From: the human T2T-CHM13v2.0 reference genome, Homo sapiens
DNA: 64,000 nt
Direction: 5' to 3' (one strand)
Assembly (NCBI RefSeq): GCF_009914755.1
Contig: NC_060943.1
Shown here in pieces: positions 43,600-61,477 of this stretch. Positions within the stretch are counted from its first letter, which is position 1. Every line of letters begins with the position of its first letter. The position numbers and the translations under genes are program-made. The notes under the pieces were generated by a model. The model was not told the origin of the DNA. It searched no databases and was given only the letters and a program-made list of their open reading frames with translations.

Positions 43600-44020
43600 T
43601 CCTGTCGTCGCCGTCCATGGGGGTGAGTGGGGTGGGGAAGGGGTGGTTTGAGTTTCTGCACATCAGGACACGAGGCGCGGTCCATGCAAATGAAATGCAA
43701 ATCCCATGCAAATAAATCTCTGGGTGGTGCAGGGCAGCGTGCAAGGCTGGAGGTACAAGGTGCACGCATTTGGGGGGCGCCTGGGAACCCCATGAGCCGA
43801 GCCCAGGCCCGGAGGTGCTGACCCGCATCCAGCCCGGCTTTCAGTGCTCGGTGTAAATGTTTACACCTGGCCGGCCGCCAGGCTCCACGCCGCCCCACAC
43901 TAGGCAGCCGGGAGGGGGAATGTAAACTCGGGCTGGGGGCCGCGGGACGCTCGGGAGGAGCCCAGACGGCGTCGAGTGTGGTGGGCGTGTACACGTGAGT
44001 TATTAAACACCGACTGTATG
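43600..44020. promoter_or_regulatory. Candidate NRTN intronic enhancer or proximal promoter (3x octamer, forkhead palindrome, E-box)
   Basis: ATGCAAAT x3, TGTTTAC and CACGTG in CpG-enriched unique sequence. Confidence 0.6.
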
Positions 44021-44208
44021 CAGTGAGGAGGATGCCACCAGGCACTCACAGCACCAAGTAACTGGTGCCCGAATGGGTAAAGCTCAGGGCATTCCTGGGG
44101 GCCCACTAGCGCCCCTGCACCAGCCAGAGGTTGAAGTGAATAGGGTAGGCAGCCATGGAAGGCTCCCTGGAGGAGGCACCCTCCAAGCTGAGATTGCAAG
44201 GGGAGTGA

Positions 44209-45105
<897 letters not shown>

Positions 45106-45214
45106 TCAATGGAGGACACCAGCATGTAGGGAACAGTGTCAGCCCCAGATTCCTGCCTCCAGACTGTCCTAAACACCACCCTCCCCGCGCCTTTGTCCCA
45201 CACTGCCACCTGCC

Positions 45215-45445
45215 GGGAATGACCTCTCCTCCTTTCACTCTTCCCCCTGGCTCCTCAGCTGCAGCCGCTCCGGCCTCCTTGCTGTTCCTGGGATACGCCA
45301 CACTCAGTCTGGCCTCGGGGCCTTTGCACTGGCTGTGTCCCCTGCCTGTGATGCCATTCTCCTCTGCCTGGCCAACTCCTACGTTTATTCAAGTCTGGAC
45401 CTTGTCATCGGCTCCTCAGGAAGGCACTCCGGGACCCCCAGATGG
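45215..45445 (+). mobile_element. L2 fragment overlapping the candidate NRTN 5' UTR
   Basis: ggcctccttgctgttcctg...gggcctttgcactggctgt..ccctgcctg L2 signature. Confidence 0.6.
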
Positions 45446-45656
45446 GGGCGGTTCCCTGTGACTCCTGGCACGGAGGCCAACCCCTTCCTTGTTCAATGGT
45501 TCCTTGAGGGACCATTCCCATGTGATTATCGACCATTCGGCAGGCGTTCAAAGTCAAAGGCCCCACACTGAGTCCTGGCCCAGCGCCCTGTGCCCGTTGG
45601 CTGCTGGAGGGACAGACGGGGCGTGCGGCTGACCATCCCGTGCCCGCAGGCTGAGG

Positions 45657-45825
45657 ATGCAGCGCTGGAAGGCGGCGGCCTTGGCCTCAGTGCTCTGCAG
45701 CTCCGTGCTGTCCATCTGGATGTGTCGAGAGGGCCTGCTTCTCAGCCACCGCCTCGGACCTGCGCTGGTCCCCCTGCACCGCCTGCCTCGAACCCTGGAC
45801 GCCCGGATTGCCCGCCTGGCCCAGT
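45657..45825 (+). CDS. NRTN: Neurturin precursor, first coding exon (signal peptide + propeptide start)
   Basis: MQRWKAAALASVLCSSVLSIWMCREGLLL...RLAQ; donor T|GTAAGC; 169 nt. Confidence 0.96.
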
Positions 45826-45987
45826 GTAAGCTCCTCCTCTGTGTGGGGTCAGATACCCCCAACGTAAGGGGTAGAATTTCAGGCAGTGGAGTGGGAGGTG
45901 GTGGGGGGGTGTCATAGGTTTTTTAAAGATAGGGCCAGCCAGCCCCCTTGCAGGGAGGCAGGGACAGACATCCTAAAAGATTATTCA

Positions 45988-47652
<1,665 letters not shown>

Positions 47653-49239
47653 TTATATGGAATTCAGATTTAGCCGGGCACCTGTATTGTATCGGGCAAG
47701 CCCACAAATGTCTGCTTCGATGCACCCCTCTGGGGTTGGGTGTGCCCCCTAACCCCCCAGCACAGTCCTGGCCACTCCAGTCCTGCTCCGGGGCTTAAAG
47801 AACACGGACTAGGTTGCTCAGTCATCGCCCACCCCCCGCACCGATTTCCCACCCTCTCAGCCCCGGCCAAGACAGAGATCATGGAAGCTTCATGGGACAG
47901 ACAGGGAAACTGAGGCCTGAGGTTGCAAGTGGCGAAAGTGGCAGAGTCATGCTCTGAGGCTGGGTTTGTCTCGTTTCTGAGACCCCCTGTGGGAACAGAC
48001 ATCTCCTCCCCCACCAAACCCCAGGAGACAGACAGCCCCTCCTTCCCCAGGGCCACCCAGAGGCTCATTCTTTTGACAGCCAGGTGCACCAGCCCGGGGG
48101 GCAGGTGGGGACTAAAGATTTCCTCTCCCAACCACAAGCGTGACTGCCACCTGCTCTGGGGCTGGGAGTCCCCTGCCTGCAGGTCCGCCAGCAGCGCTGC
48201 CTGTCATTCCAGCGTCTGCAGTTCTCTCCCGGGGCTTCCGAGTTTGGGGGTGGAGCCACCGCTTGGGTAATAAATTTAGGCTGCCAGGCCCTGGGAATCG
48301 GTGACTTGGGCACCTCCTGGCGAGTGTGGGAGAAAGCGGCTGGACCTGGGCCAAACTTGGGTGAACGATGAAGGCAGGAAGAATGACCTTTAAGCCCGCC
48401 TCTGTCGCTCTCTCTCGGCCACCTGCTAATGATGTGACCTTGGGATGGTCCGTTTTGTCACCTGTCACATGGGGGTGGCCTTGACAGTAGCTGCTGCCAC
48501 TCCATGGAGTGGGGTCCCCACACAGGCTTCGGATGCAGTAGGCTGCGGTACCTGCTGCTCCTCTGCATTCTGAGAAACCCAAACACCCCGATTCATTTCT
48601 TGGATAGGGAAACTGAGGCTCCACTGCACAGCGGGGCAGTGGGGATGGAGGGAGTCTGAAAAGCCCGGGGCCTCAGAGCAGACGTCGGGGCCTGAAGAGG
48701 GGGCTCTAGAGACCTATGACAACCTCACTAAAGAGGGATAGGGCATGGGAAGCAGCCCCCCAGTGCTGCCCAGAGAGGATGCACCAGTGTCCTGGGGCAG
48801 CCCAGCATAGGGGCGGGGTCCAGATAGATTTGCGATGGAGGACGAGGAGAATGGAGCAGCAATGGGGTGAGAGAGGGGCCCAGAGGAGGTGAGTTAGAGA
48901 CCCCGGTCAGCTCAGCTCAAGGTGAGACGGGCTGGAAAGCGGCCCAGAAAGGATGGACCAGGTTCTGGGCAGCCAATATAGGCTCAGGGTTCAGAAAGGG
49001 GTTTTGGACCAGCGTAGGGGTGTGAGTGTGTACGTGCCCCCCAGTGCCGCCCAGAGAGGGTGCATGAGCAGCTCAGCAAGAGGGTGGGGAAATTTGGGAT
49101 CTGGGAGTGAGACGAGAAGCCGTCTAGGCCTGGCGTCCCAGCAAGGGTCTTCGTTTGCAGGGGTACAGAGAGGGTAGGGGGCTCCCTCCCACCCCCTGCA
49201 CCCACTGACCCCCCCTCCTTTCTCTTCCTCCCCTCGCAG

Positions 49240-49664
49240 ACCGTGCACTCCTGCAGGGGGCCCCGGATGCGATGGAGCTGCGCGAGCTGACGCCCTGGGC
49301 TGGGCGGCCCCCAGGTCCGCGCCGTCGGGCGGGGCCCCGGCGGCGGCGCGCGCGTGCGCGGTTGGGGGCGCGGCCTTGCGGGCTGCGCGAGCTGGAGGTG
49401 CGCGTGAGCGAGCTGGGCCTGGGCTACGCGTCCGACGAGACGGTGCTGTTCCGCTACTGCGCAGGCGCCTGCGAGGCTGCCGCGCGCGTCTACGACCTCG
49501 GGCTGCGACGACTGCGCCAGCGGCGGCGCCTGCGGCGGGAGCGGGTGCGCGCGCAGCCCTGCTGCCGCCCGACGGCCTACGAGGACGAGGTGTCCTTCCT
49601 GGACGCGCACAGCCGCTACCACACGGTGCACGAGCTGTCGGCGCGCGAGTGCGCCTGCGTGTGA
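49240..49664 (+). CDS. NRTN: Neurturin last coding exon; RRAR furin site and mature GDNF-family cystine knot (49356-49661)
   Basis: Branch point CTGAC + polypyrimidine + CAG| at 49239; ARLGARPCGLRELEV...CAGAC...CCRP...CACV*; 169+425 nt = 197 aa. Confidence 0.97.
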
Positions 49665-49880
49665 CCCTACCTCACTCGGCCGGCGCGGCGGCCACTCCCC
49701 CCGCCTCGACGGCACCACTGGCCGGCCCCGCGAAAGACTGCGCGTGCGTAGAGCACGCCGGCGCGGCCCCGGGACTCTCGCGATAACTGTACTGAGATAA
49801 AGTGTGGCAACTCGAGCTGGCTGGTGATTCATCCTCGGCGAGGGGCTCGCGTGTGGGCCGCGTCGCCGTCTCCACCGGGA
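49250..49880. promoter_or_regulatory. 3' intragenic CpG island over the NRTN last exon
   Basis: Very high CpG density including GCGCGC runs. Confidence 0.75.
49796..49801 (+). terminator. NRTN: Candidate NRTN poly(A) signal, variant GATAAA
   Basis: TGTA at 49788 just upstream and GT-rich sequence downstream; I saw no AATAAA/ATTAAA nearby. Confidence 0.55.
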
Positions 49881-50077
49881 AAGCGGGGACCAGTGGGGGG
49901 GGCCCAGCTGCAGGGTAGTGGGAGGATGCTGTTTGCTTTGGGGGAAGGGTAGATGCAAAGTGGGTCCAGTTTATGGCGGACAAAAAGGAAAATGGGGTGA
50001 ATGGGGCTATGTTGGCAGGGACCGTCCTTCCTGCCTCCCTACGGGTCCCTCTGCCCGTCCCGAGCGTGTTCCGGTCC

Positions 50078-50372
50078 GCACCTCTTCGCTGTGTGGGCTT
50101 CTGGGGAGGGGAAAGGGAAGCTACGCTCGGATGAAGAGACCGAGGTCTAGGTGGACCCCGTTTCCCCAGCTTGTTCCCTTCCGCACCTCTCCGCGGTGCG
50201 GGCTTCTGGGATGAAGACACTGAAGTCTAGGTGGGCCCAGTTTCCCCAGATTGTCCCTGACTGCACCTCTCGCTTCTGGGATGAAGAGACTGAGGTCTAG
50301 GTGGACCCAGTTTCCCCAGCTTGTTCCTGACTGCACCTCTCTGCTGTGTGGACTTCTGGAGAGGGGGAAAGG
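50078..50372. repeat. 70-80 bp tandem repeat, about 3.5 copies, downstream of NRTN
   Basis: ggatgaagasac...gtctaggtggrccc.gtttccccag.ttgt...gcacctct recurs at 50129, 50209 and 50279. Confidence 0.85.
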
Positions 50373-51900
50373 GGGAGACACTGTGGGTGAGGAGCCTGAG
50401 ATCCAGGTGGAATCAGTTCCCCGCTATGTGGGTTTCTAGGAAGGGGGAGCCACTCTGGGGGTGAGGAGAGTGAGGTCCAGGTGGACCTGGGCCTCCCTTA
50501 TCCGACGGCCTCCTCGGGCCGGTCTTCGCCCACCAGGGTGAGCTGAAAGCCACTATCTCCTTCCACCAGCTACTAAAAATACCCGCACGCTGCCCACCTC
50601 CCGGCGGGGAGAGGCCTGGGGCGGGCGCCAGCCCCATCCAGCCCGAAGCCGGCGCCTGCTGGTGTAGAGCTGGGTCCCCAGAGACCTGGGTCCTCGGCCC
50701 ATAAAAGCCCTGGCCGGGCCTCCACGGGGGGGATTTACGACGAGCCCCTGCGGAGTATGGAAAAAGCCCGGCTCGGTGTTTAGATTTCCCCACGGTGTCA
50801 CCTTGATGCTTGGCAGGCCTCGGGTGTTGGGTTGCCAGAGCGCGGGAGGGGTCGGCGGGTCCCACGGTCGGTCTGAGGGGCGGGGAAGGGGCGGGCACTG
50901 CGAGCCCAGAGCAGGCACCGGCGAGGCGAGACTCCTCCCCTCCTGCCCCTCAGACTGGGGGTTCCCAAGGCTACAACCCTTCTCCTTAGCTGGGCCCCCT
51001 CCCCTCCTTCCCACACGTCTGCCCTTAGGACCACCCTCTAACCACGGTGTCCCTTCCCAGGCTCAGCCCGCATCCCCCCACCCCCCGCAAAGCTGGAGGG
51101 CGCAGATCGGAAACCGCCCCCAGGGAGAATCACCCAGCCATGAAGGAACATCCCTAGCCCCTGGCTCCCGGGGACCCACAGCTACAGCTGGAGACACTCA
51201 AGGCGGCTAATCAGCAGGACTTCCAGGGAGCCCTGAGAGCAGGGCTTGGCGGCCAGGCGGGTGATCTGCTTGGGAAGCAGTTTCAGGGCTGCCGCTGGCT
51301 GGGGTCCCCGCCTACCCCCGCAGTCTTCTGACTCTGAGGTTTAAGGTGGTGGATTCCTCCACCCTTTGGGCCGACTCAGCCCGGCCTCCGCAGAGAGGCC
51401 GGAGTTCCCAGACGCTGCGGAAGCCCAAGTGACGCTTACTCCGAGCCTCAGTTTCCCCATCCTAGATGGCCTGGCCTCAGAGAGGAGTGTTGTTCAGCCC
51501 AGGACACACAGCGAGAAAGCTGACCATCAGGGGTCTGCCGCCCCCCCGAAGCTCCCCTGCCACAGTGTGCATGTGTGTGTGAGTGTTGCCCACCCTCCGG
51601 GGCCTCCCGGACCTCGGCCTTCCTGTCTCCCACCCAGATCCAGCGTCCCAACCACAGGGCGCGGGCCCAGCCCACCAGGGAATTGGAACATAAATAAACC
51701 GAGAAGCCCCTGCAGTTCCCTGGGGCTGCGGTTGTCATCAGCGCATCGGCACACCGGATGAGGGTCTCTCTCACACACACACACAAGCACACTCACAAGA
51801 CACAGAGATCACCACCCATAAGGGCTCAGCAGGCAGGACCCATGATCCTACACAGTCACCTTCCACACAGAATTGCACACTCAGAAAGGGACACTCCCCC

Positions 51901-52370
<470 letters not shown>

Positions 52371-52519
52371 CATCATTGGTTTTCTTTGCAGTATTACATC
52401 TGGAAACGGTGCGGTGATTATCTCTCTGCACCCCTCACAGGCGGCTAACAACATCACAAACAAATCAGCCAGAACCATCACTCATGGGTGGGGCCCCATG
52501 GGTGCCAGTTCCCAGGGCC

Positions 52520-52960
52520 CAGTGCCCTCCAGGGTGAGGTCCCCAGCAGGTGAGGCTCCTAGCAGGTGAGATTCAGTGTGGAAGGTCTCTGGGAGCAGGT
52601 CCCAGCAGGTAAAGTCCCCAACAGCCGAGGTCCCCAGTAGGCAAAGTCCCCAGGAGACATCCCCAGCAGGCCAGGCTTCCGCAGGGGACGCTCCTGGAAG
52701 CCAGCATGTGAAATCCCAGGTAAGGGACATACCTGGCCACCGAAGACTCCAGCAGGTGAGGCCCCAGGAAAGTGAGGACCCAGGTAGGTGAATCCCCAGG
52801 CAGGTGAAGCTGCAACAGGTGACCGTCCCAGGCAGGTGAGTCCTCAGGCAGGTGAAGCTTCAGGCAAACGAGTCCTTAGGTAGATGAGGCCCCCACTCAG
52901 GTGAGGCCCCAGGAAAATGAGGTTCCTGGCAGCCCAGGCCCCACACCAGCCTCTCAGGTG
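52520..52960. repeat. Degenerate ~18-bp tandem repeat (cccagcaggtgagg) in the FUT6 3' UTR
   Basis: Recurring CAGGTGA/CCCCAG units. Confidence 0.8.
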
Positions 52961-54033
52961 AACCAAGCCGCTATGCCGCGTGTCTGGTACCTGGATTCCT
53001 CCTGCAGTTTCCAGCAGGCCTTGCAGAAAGCGAGTGCCCAGCTGAAGGAGCGAGGCCGCAGCGTCTCCCGCCAGCGAAAGTAGCTCAGGTAGCGGGCGTG
53101 GTCCTTGTCCAGCTCCTGCAGGTACCGGGCCAGGTCCTTGGGGCTCTGGAAGTCGTCCACGTGGATGAAGGCGTCGGGTGGCAGGAACCTCTCGTAGTTG
53201 CTTCTGCTGGGGCCCAGCACCACGGGCACGGCCCAGGCCTCCAGGGCGTTCCTCCACAGCTTCTCGGTGATGTAGTCGGGGTGCAAGGAGTTCTCGAAGG
53301 CCAGATAGAACTTGTACCGGGACAGCGTCTCCATCATGGTTCCCTGGGGCAGGGGCTTGTGGGAGCGTCCGTACACGTCCACCTTGAGATGGGCCTGCAG
53401 GCTCTGGTAGTAGCGCACCCTGGCGGAGTTTGGCCCCCAGTTGGACACTGCCCAGGCCACCAGCTCGGTCTTGGCCGAGAGGTTGAGCGGTGGGTGGGCA
53501 GGCTGGCCGGACCACGGCTCCAGCCAGCCGTAGGGCGTGAAGATGTCGGAGTCGCTGCGGTAGGACATGGTGAGATTGAAGTATCCGTCCATGGCTTTCA
53601 GCTGCCAGCAGTGGCTTGGGGACTCCATGCTGAACCAGATCCATCGCTGCCCCTGCCGCCTCGGGGAGCGTGGGAGCTGGGCACTGGGGTTGTACATGAC
53701 CTCTCGGTGGTGCACGATGACCGCGTCTGCCTGTGGATACACCTTGCGGTCGGCAGTGATGTTGCAGTCAGCCGTGCCAGGCACCATCTCTGAGCAGCGG
53801 GGCAGAGCTATGGGTTTGTTAAAAGGCCACGTCCACAGCAGGATCAGGGGGATGGAGTGGGCGGGGGTCCCTGTGCTGTCTGGGAAGCGGGACCCATTAG
53901 GGTACACAGTGGGATCGTCTTGAGACACACGCAGATAGGAGAAGAAACACACAGCCATCAGCAGCTGAAACAGCAGCGTGGTCAGACAGCAGCGCCACGA
54001 CCACTGTGGCTTGGCCGGGCCCAGGGGATCCAT
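52954..54033 (-). CDS. FUT6: Alpha-(1,3)-fucosyltransferase 6 (GT10), single coding exon, 359 aa
   Basis: Type II TM anchor; HHRE (Arg110, alpha1,3-type rather than FUT3 Trp); FxMESP; [25 protein letters not shown] motif; acceptor CCCAG| 12 nt before the ATG (exon starts 54045). Confidence 0.97.
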   Translation of the reverse strand: MDPLGPAKPQWSWRCCLTTLLFQLLMAVCFFSYLRVSQDDPTVYPNGSRFPDSTGTPAHSIPLILLWTWPFNKPIALPRCSEMVPGTADCNITADRKVYPQADAVIVHHREVMYNPSAQLPRSPRRQGQRWIWFSMESPSHCWQLKAMDGYFNLTMSYRSDSDIFTPYGWLEPWSGQPAHPPLNLSAKTELVAWAVSNWGPNSARVRYYQSLQAHLKVDVYGRSHKPLPQGTMMETLSRYKFYLAFENSLHPDYITEKLWRNALEAWAVPVVLGPSRSNYERFLPPDAFIHVDDFQSPKDLARYLQELDKDHARYLSYFRWRETLRPRSFSWALAFCKACWKLQEESRYQTRGIAAWFT

Positions 54034-54631
54034 GGGTCAGAGTCTCTGGGAAGTGGGGAGAGAGGAGTGAGGGTCATTGATGACAATCTCCTGCTTACCA
54101 AAGCTCCAGGCCATGAGTCCTGAGAAGAGCTGTTATTATTCCTGTTTCACAGATGAGAAAACTGAGACCAAGTGACTCACAGCAAAAGTCAGCACAGCTG
54201 GTGTTTGAACAAAGGGAGCTTGGCCCAGAGTCCACTTCCTCCCACCCATTAGACAACAGGCCCTTTCTACATGGGCAAGGGTCCCTGGGGAAGTTGGGAG
54301 AGGCCCCAAGGGCCCTCAGGTCCCACCTTGATCCTGTCCTTTTCTGGTGTGTCACCAGACTCTTCCTCAATCTGGAGAGAAGACACAGCCGATCATAAAT
54401 GCCCCCCAGTGCCCCTGAGTCGAGGCTTGAACCCATGACTCTGCTGGGGAAGGGCACAATGGGATTGGGTTTTGGAGGTAATATAAGAGCTCACCAGATA
54501 GAGTAGACCTGTGGGAAAGGGTGCTCCTGGCAGAGGAAACCACCATTGCCAAGGCCTAGTGGGGAGAGACCCCTGAGCAGTTTGCAGAGAAAGCAAAGGA
54601 AGTACTCAGGGCTGCCAGTGTCGAGTTCATA

Positions 54632-54680
54632 TTAGATTGGTGCAAAAGTAATTGCTGTTTTTACCATTGAAAGTAATGGC

Positions 54681-54681
<1 letters not shown>
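54632..54681. mobile_element. Truncated MADE1 (Hsmar1 MITE)
   Basis: TA + ttagattggtgcaaaagtaattgctgtttttaccatt = Hsmar1 TIR. Confidence 0.85.
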
Positions 54682-59291
<4,610 letters not shown>

Positions 59292-60116
59292 CTAGGTGTG
59301 ATGAGAAGGGATTGAGAGCACAAGCGCATACCAAAGTTCTGGAAAAAGACTCAAGAGACAGCCCTCGAGGGACACTCAGAGCCCGGACTGGGAGGGAGGT
59401 TGAATTTTAACCAAGTATTCCTTTGTGCTGTCGGGCTCTTGGGCTGCCAGTGAAAGGTTAATGTTTAGAGATACATTTAATATTAATATATTATCATGTG
59501 GCCCCTGGGTTTATGGCGACCTCTTCCTAGGAGACAGTGAAGTCTTTGCCGGTGACCTTCAGGAGGGGAGATTGGGGGAAACGGGGAACGGGAGTCCAGG
59601 AGAGAGATCTCACCCAAGGTACTTTCCCTGGAAAATGATCGATCCACGCCACAAAGATCAGGATGCAAAAAAACAAAGCCAGAAAGCAAACCGCATTCTA
59701 AGCCCTCTTTTACCACCGGGAGTGGCAGAGGCAGAGAAAATCCGGGGCCAGGAAGGATGAAGGGGTGTAGGCTGCTGATGGGGTCGGGGGGCACGGGATT
59801 CTACCGCAGAGCTCTGCAAGAGAGACAGACAGACACCCACTTCCTCCTGGTTTGGCAAATCAGCCAGACCTCCCATATCCTCAGCCCACCTCGGTGCATC
59901 CAGAAAGACCCCTGCCTGCGACTAGGGGCTGCTGGCCAAATGCCAGGCCACTGCACAGCCTGCAGACCCTCCCCCAGGGATCTTGTGCCAGCCCACCCGC
60001 ACTCTGAATTACAGCAGACAGGACTGAGGCTGAGGGGAGGAGGCTCGGAGCCAGGAGGCCTTTCCCTGGACCCATGCGATCCGGGTTGGGGGTGAAAGTG
60101 GGACAAGAGGCCTTAC

Positions 60117-60200
60117 CTGGGGGGGCCAGTGTGCAGAGGGCCCTAGAGCTGAGAGGCCGCGGACGGAGTAACAGCTGGATTCTGAGGACGTGGAAGAGGC
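60117..60200 (-). other. FUT6: Candidate FUT6 upstream non-coding exon (5' end unknown)
   Basis: Consensus donor CCAG|GTAAGG at 60117/60116 in unique sequence upstream of FUT6. Confidence 0.55.
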
Positions 60201-61477
60201 CACACCACGCAGCAGAAGGAAGGAGGAAGTGTACCCGGAGCTGAAACCAGGCCCTTTCCAACCACCACACCTGTCATCAGGTGACCCAGGGCATCCTGTC
60301 CTGGAGCCCGGACATCCTTTGAAAACAAATCGTGGGGCTCCCCTAATCCCCGTTGCAGAACCAAACAGGGTGAAGGGATTTGGAGACTCAGGTCATGCAT
60401 GACCTTGCCCCACCTGTGGCTTCAATGCGATGTGGCTTTGAGTACAAAGTGAAAAGGCTGACCTGAACCACCGGTTCCCAAAGCGGGTTCCACAGGGACA
60501 CCAGGGGTTCCTTGGGAGGTGGGAATGAGGAAGTGAGCAGAATTTCTACCTTTCCGCTTTCCTTCCCACCAGATCCCACCTTCTCACTCAGTTGGCCCAT
60601 CACCAAATATTTCCTGAGCACTAAGTGCCAGGCCAAGGGATCTTGCAGGAAACCGGTGGGCAAGTCAGGCAACTCATGAACCTTGGAAGGGAACTTTCTT
60701 CAATTAAAATTGCAGCCTTTTGAATAAAAAAGGGATGGAAGGGCATTCCAGTTACAAGGAACAACCTTCGCAAAGGCCCTGAGGCAGCAGAAATGCAGGC
60801 ATGTTGAGGAACTGCAGGAGGAGTCTCAGCAGGCTGGGTCTTCACCACTGGAGAGGAGGCAGAGCTGTTGCAGAGGCTGGGCCACGGTCAGCCATAGGGT
60901 GTTCAGCACCAAGGCAATAGGGAGCCATGTGAGGCTTCAAGCAGAGGGGTTACCATGTCGATACATGTTTTCAGATGCTCTCTTCTGGTAGGCTGGGCAC
61001 AGGTCCCATATTGGTGGCAGAAGCTTCCTCCGGTGGCCTCACCAAGCCCCTCTGTGTGCCTCAAAGCCACTTCCTTTCCCCACCCACTCCTGCAGGGCAG
61101 TGCAAAGCAGAAGTCCAGGGAGCTATGCAAACTTCCTGGAATGGAGAGAAATGATCTGGAATACTGGTTTTGAGGGAGGATGACCTTAAACTCTCTCACT
61201 CCCAAGCTGGGTGCAAAGGTGACCGAGCTCAAAGCCCAGCCTCCAAGTATCACGACTGCCCTGTTCTAGAAATCATTTCTGGGAGGCTGCATCATGCTGC
61301 CTGAGTTCTACTATCTCAGTGCCCAGCCACGCCCAGACCAGTGAGGTTCTGGGAGGTAGGGATGGGCCAGGGGGTTGGGGTCTCCCAGAGCTCCAGAAGT
61401 GGCAACCTAATTCCACTCATGTCTCATTCCTTGACTGGTGAGGTTGACTGTAACTTATTAAAAAAATGACTTCTGGG

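Noticed and set aside
48984-49958. 324-aa antisense ORF and 136-aa alternate-frame ORF over NRTN
   Set aside because: Shadow ORFs of a GC3-rich coding exon.
52844-53793. 266-aa alternate-frame and 231-aa antisense ORFs over FUT6
   Set aside because: Shadows of the GC-rich CDS with no independent coding signal, although an altORF cannot be excluded without Ribo-seq.
54046-54098. Donor-like TTG|GTAAGC 53 nt upstream of the FUT6 acceptor
   Set aside because: A 53-nt intron is below the usual human minimum, so I did not call an exon here.
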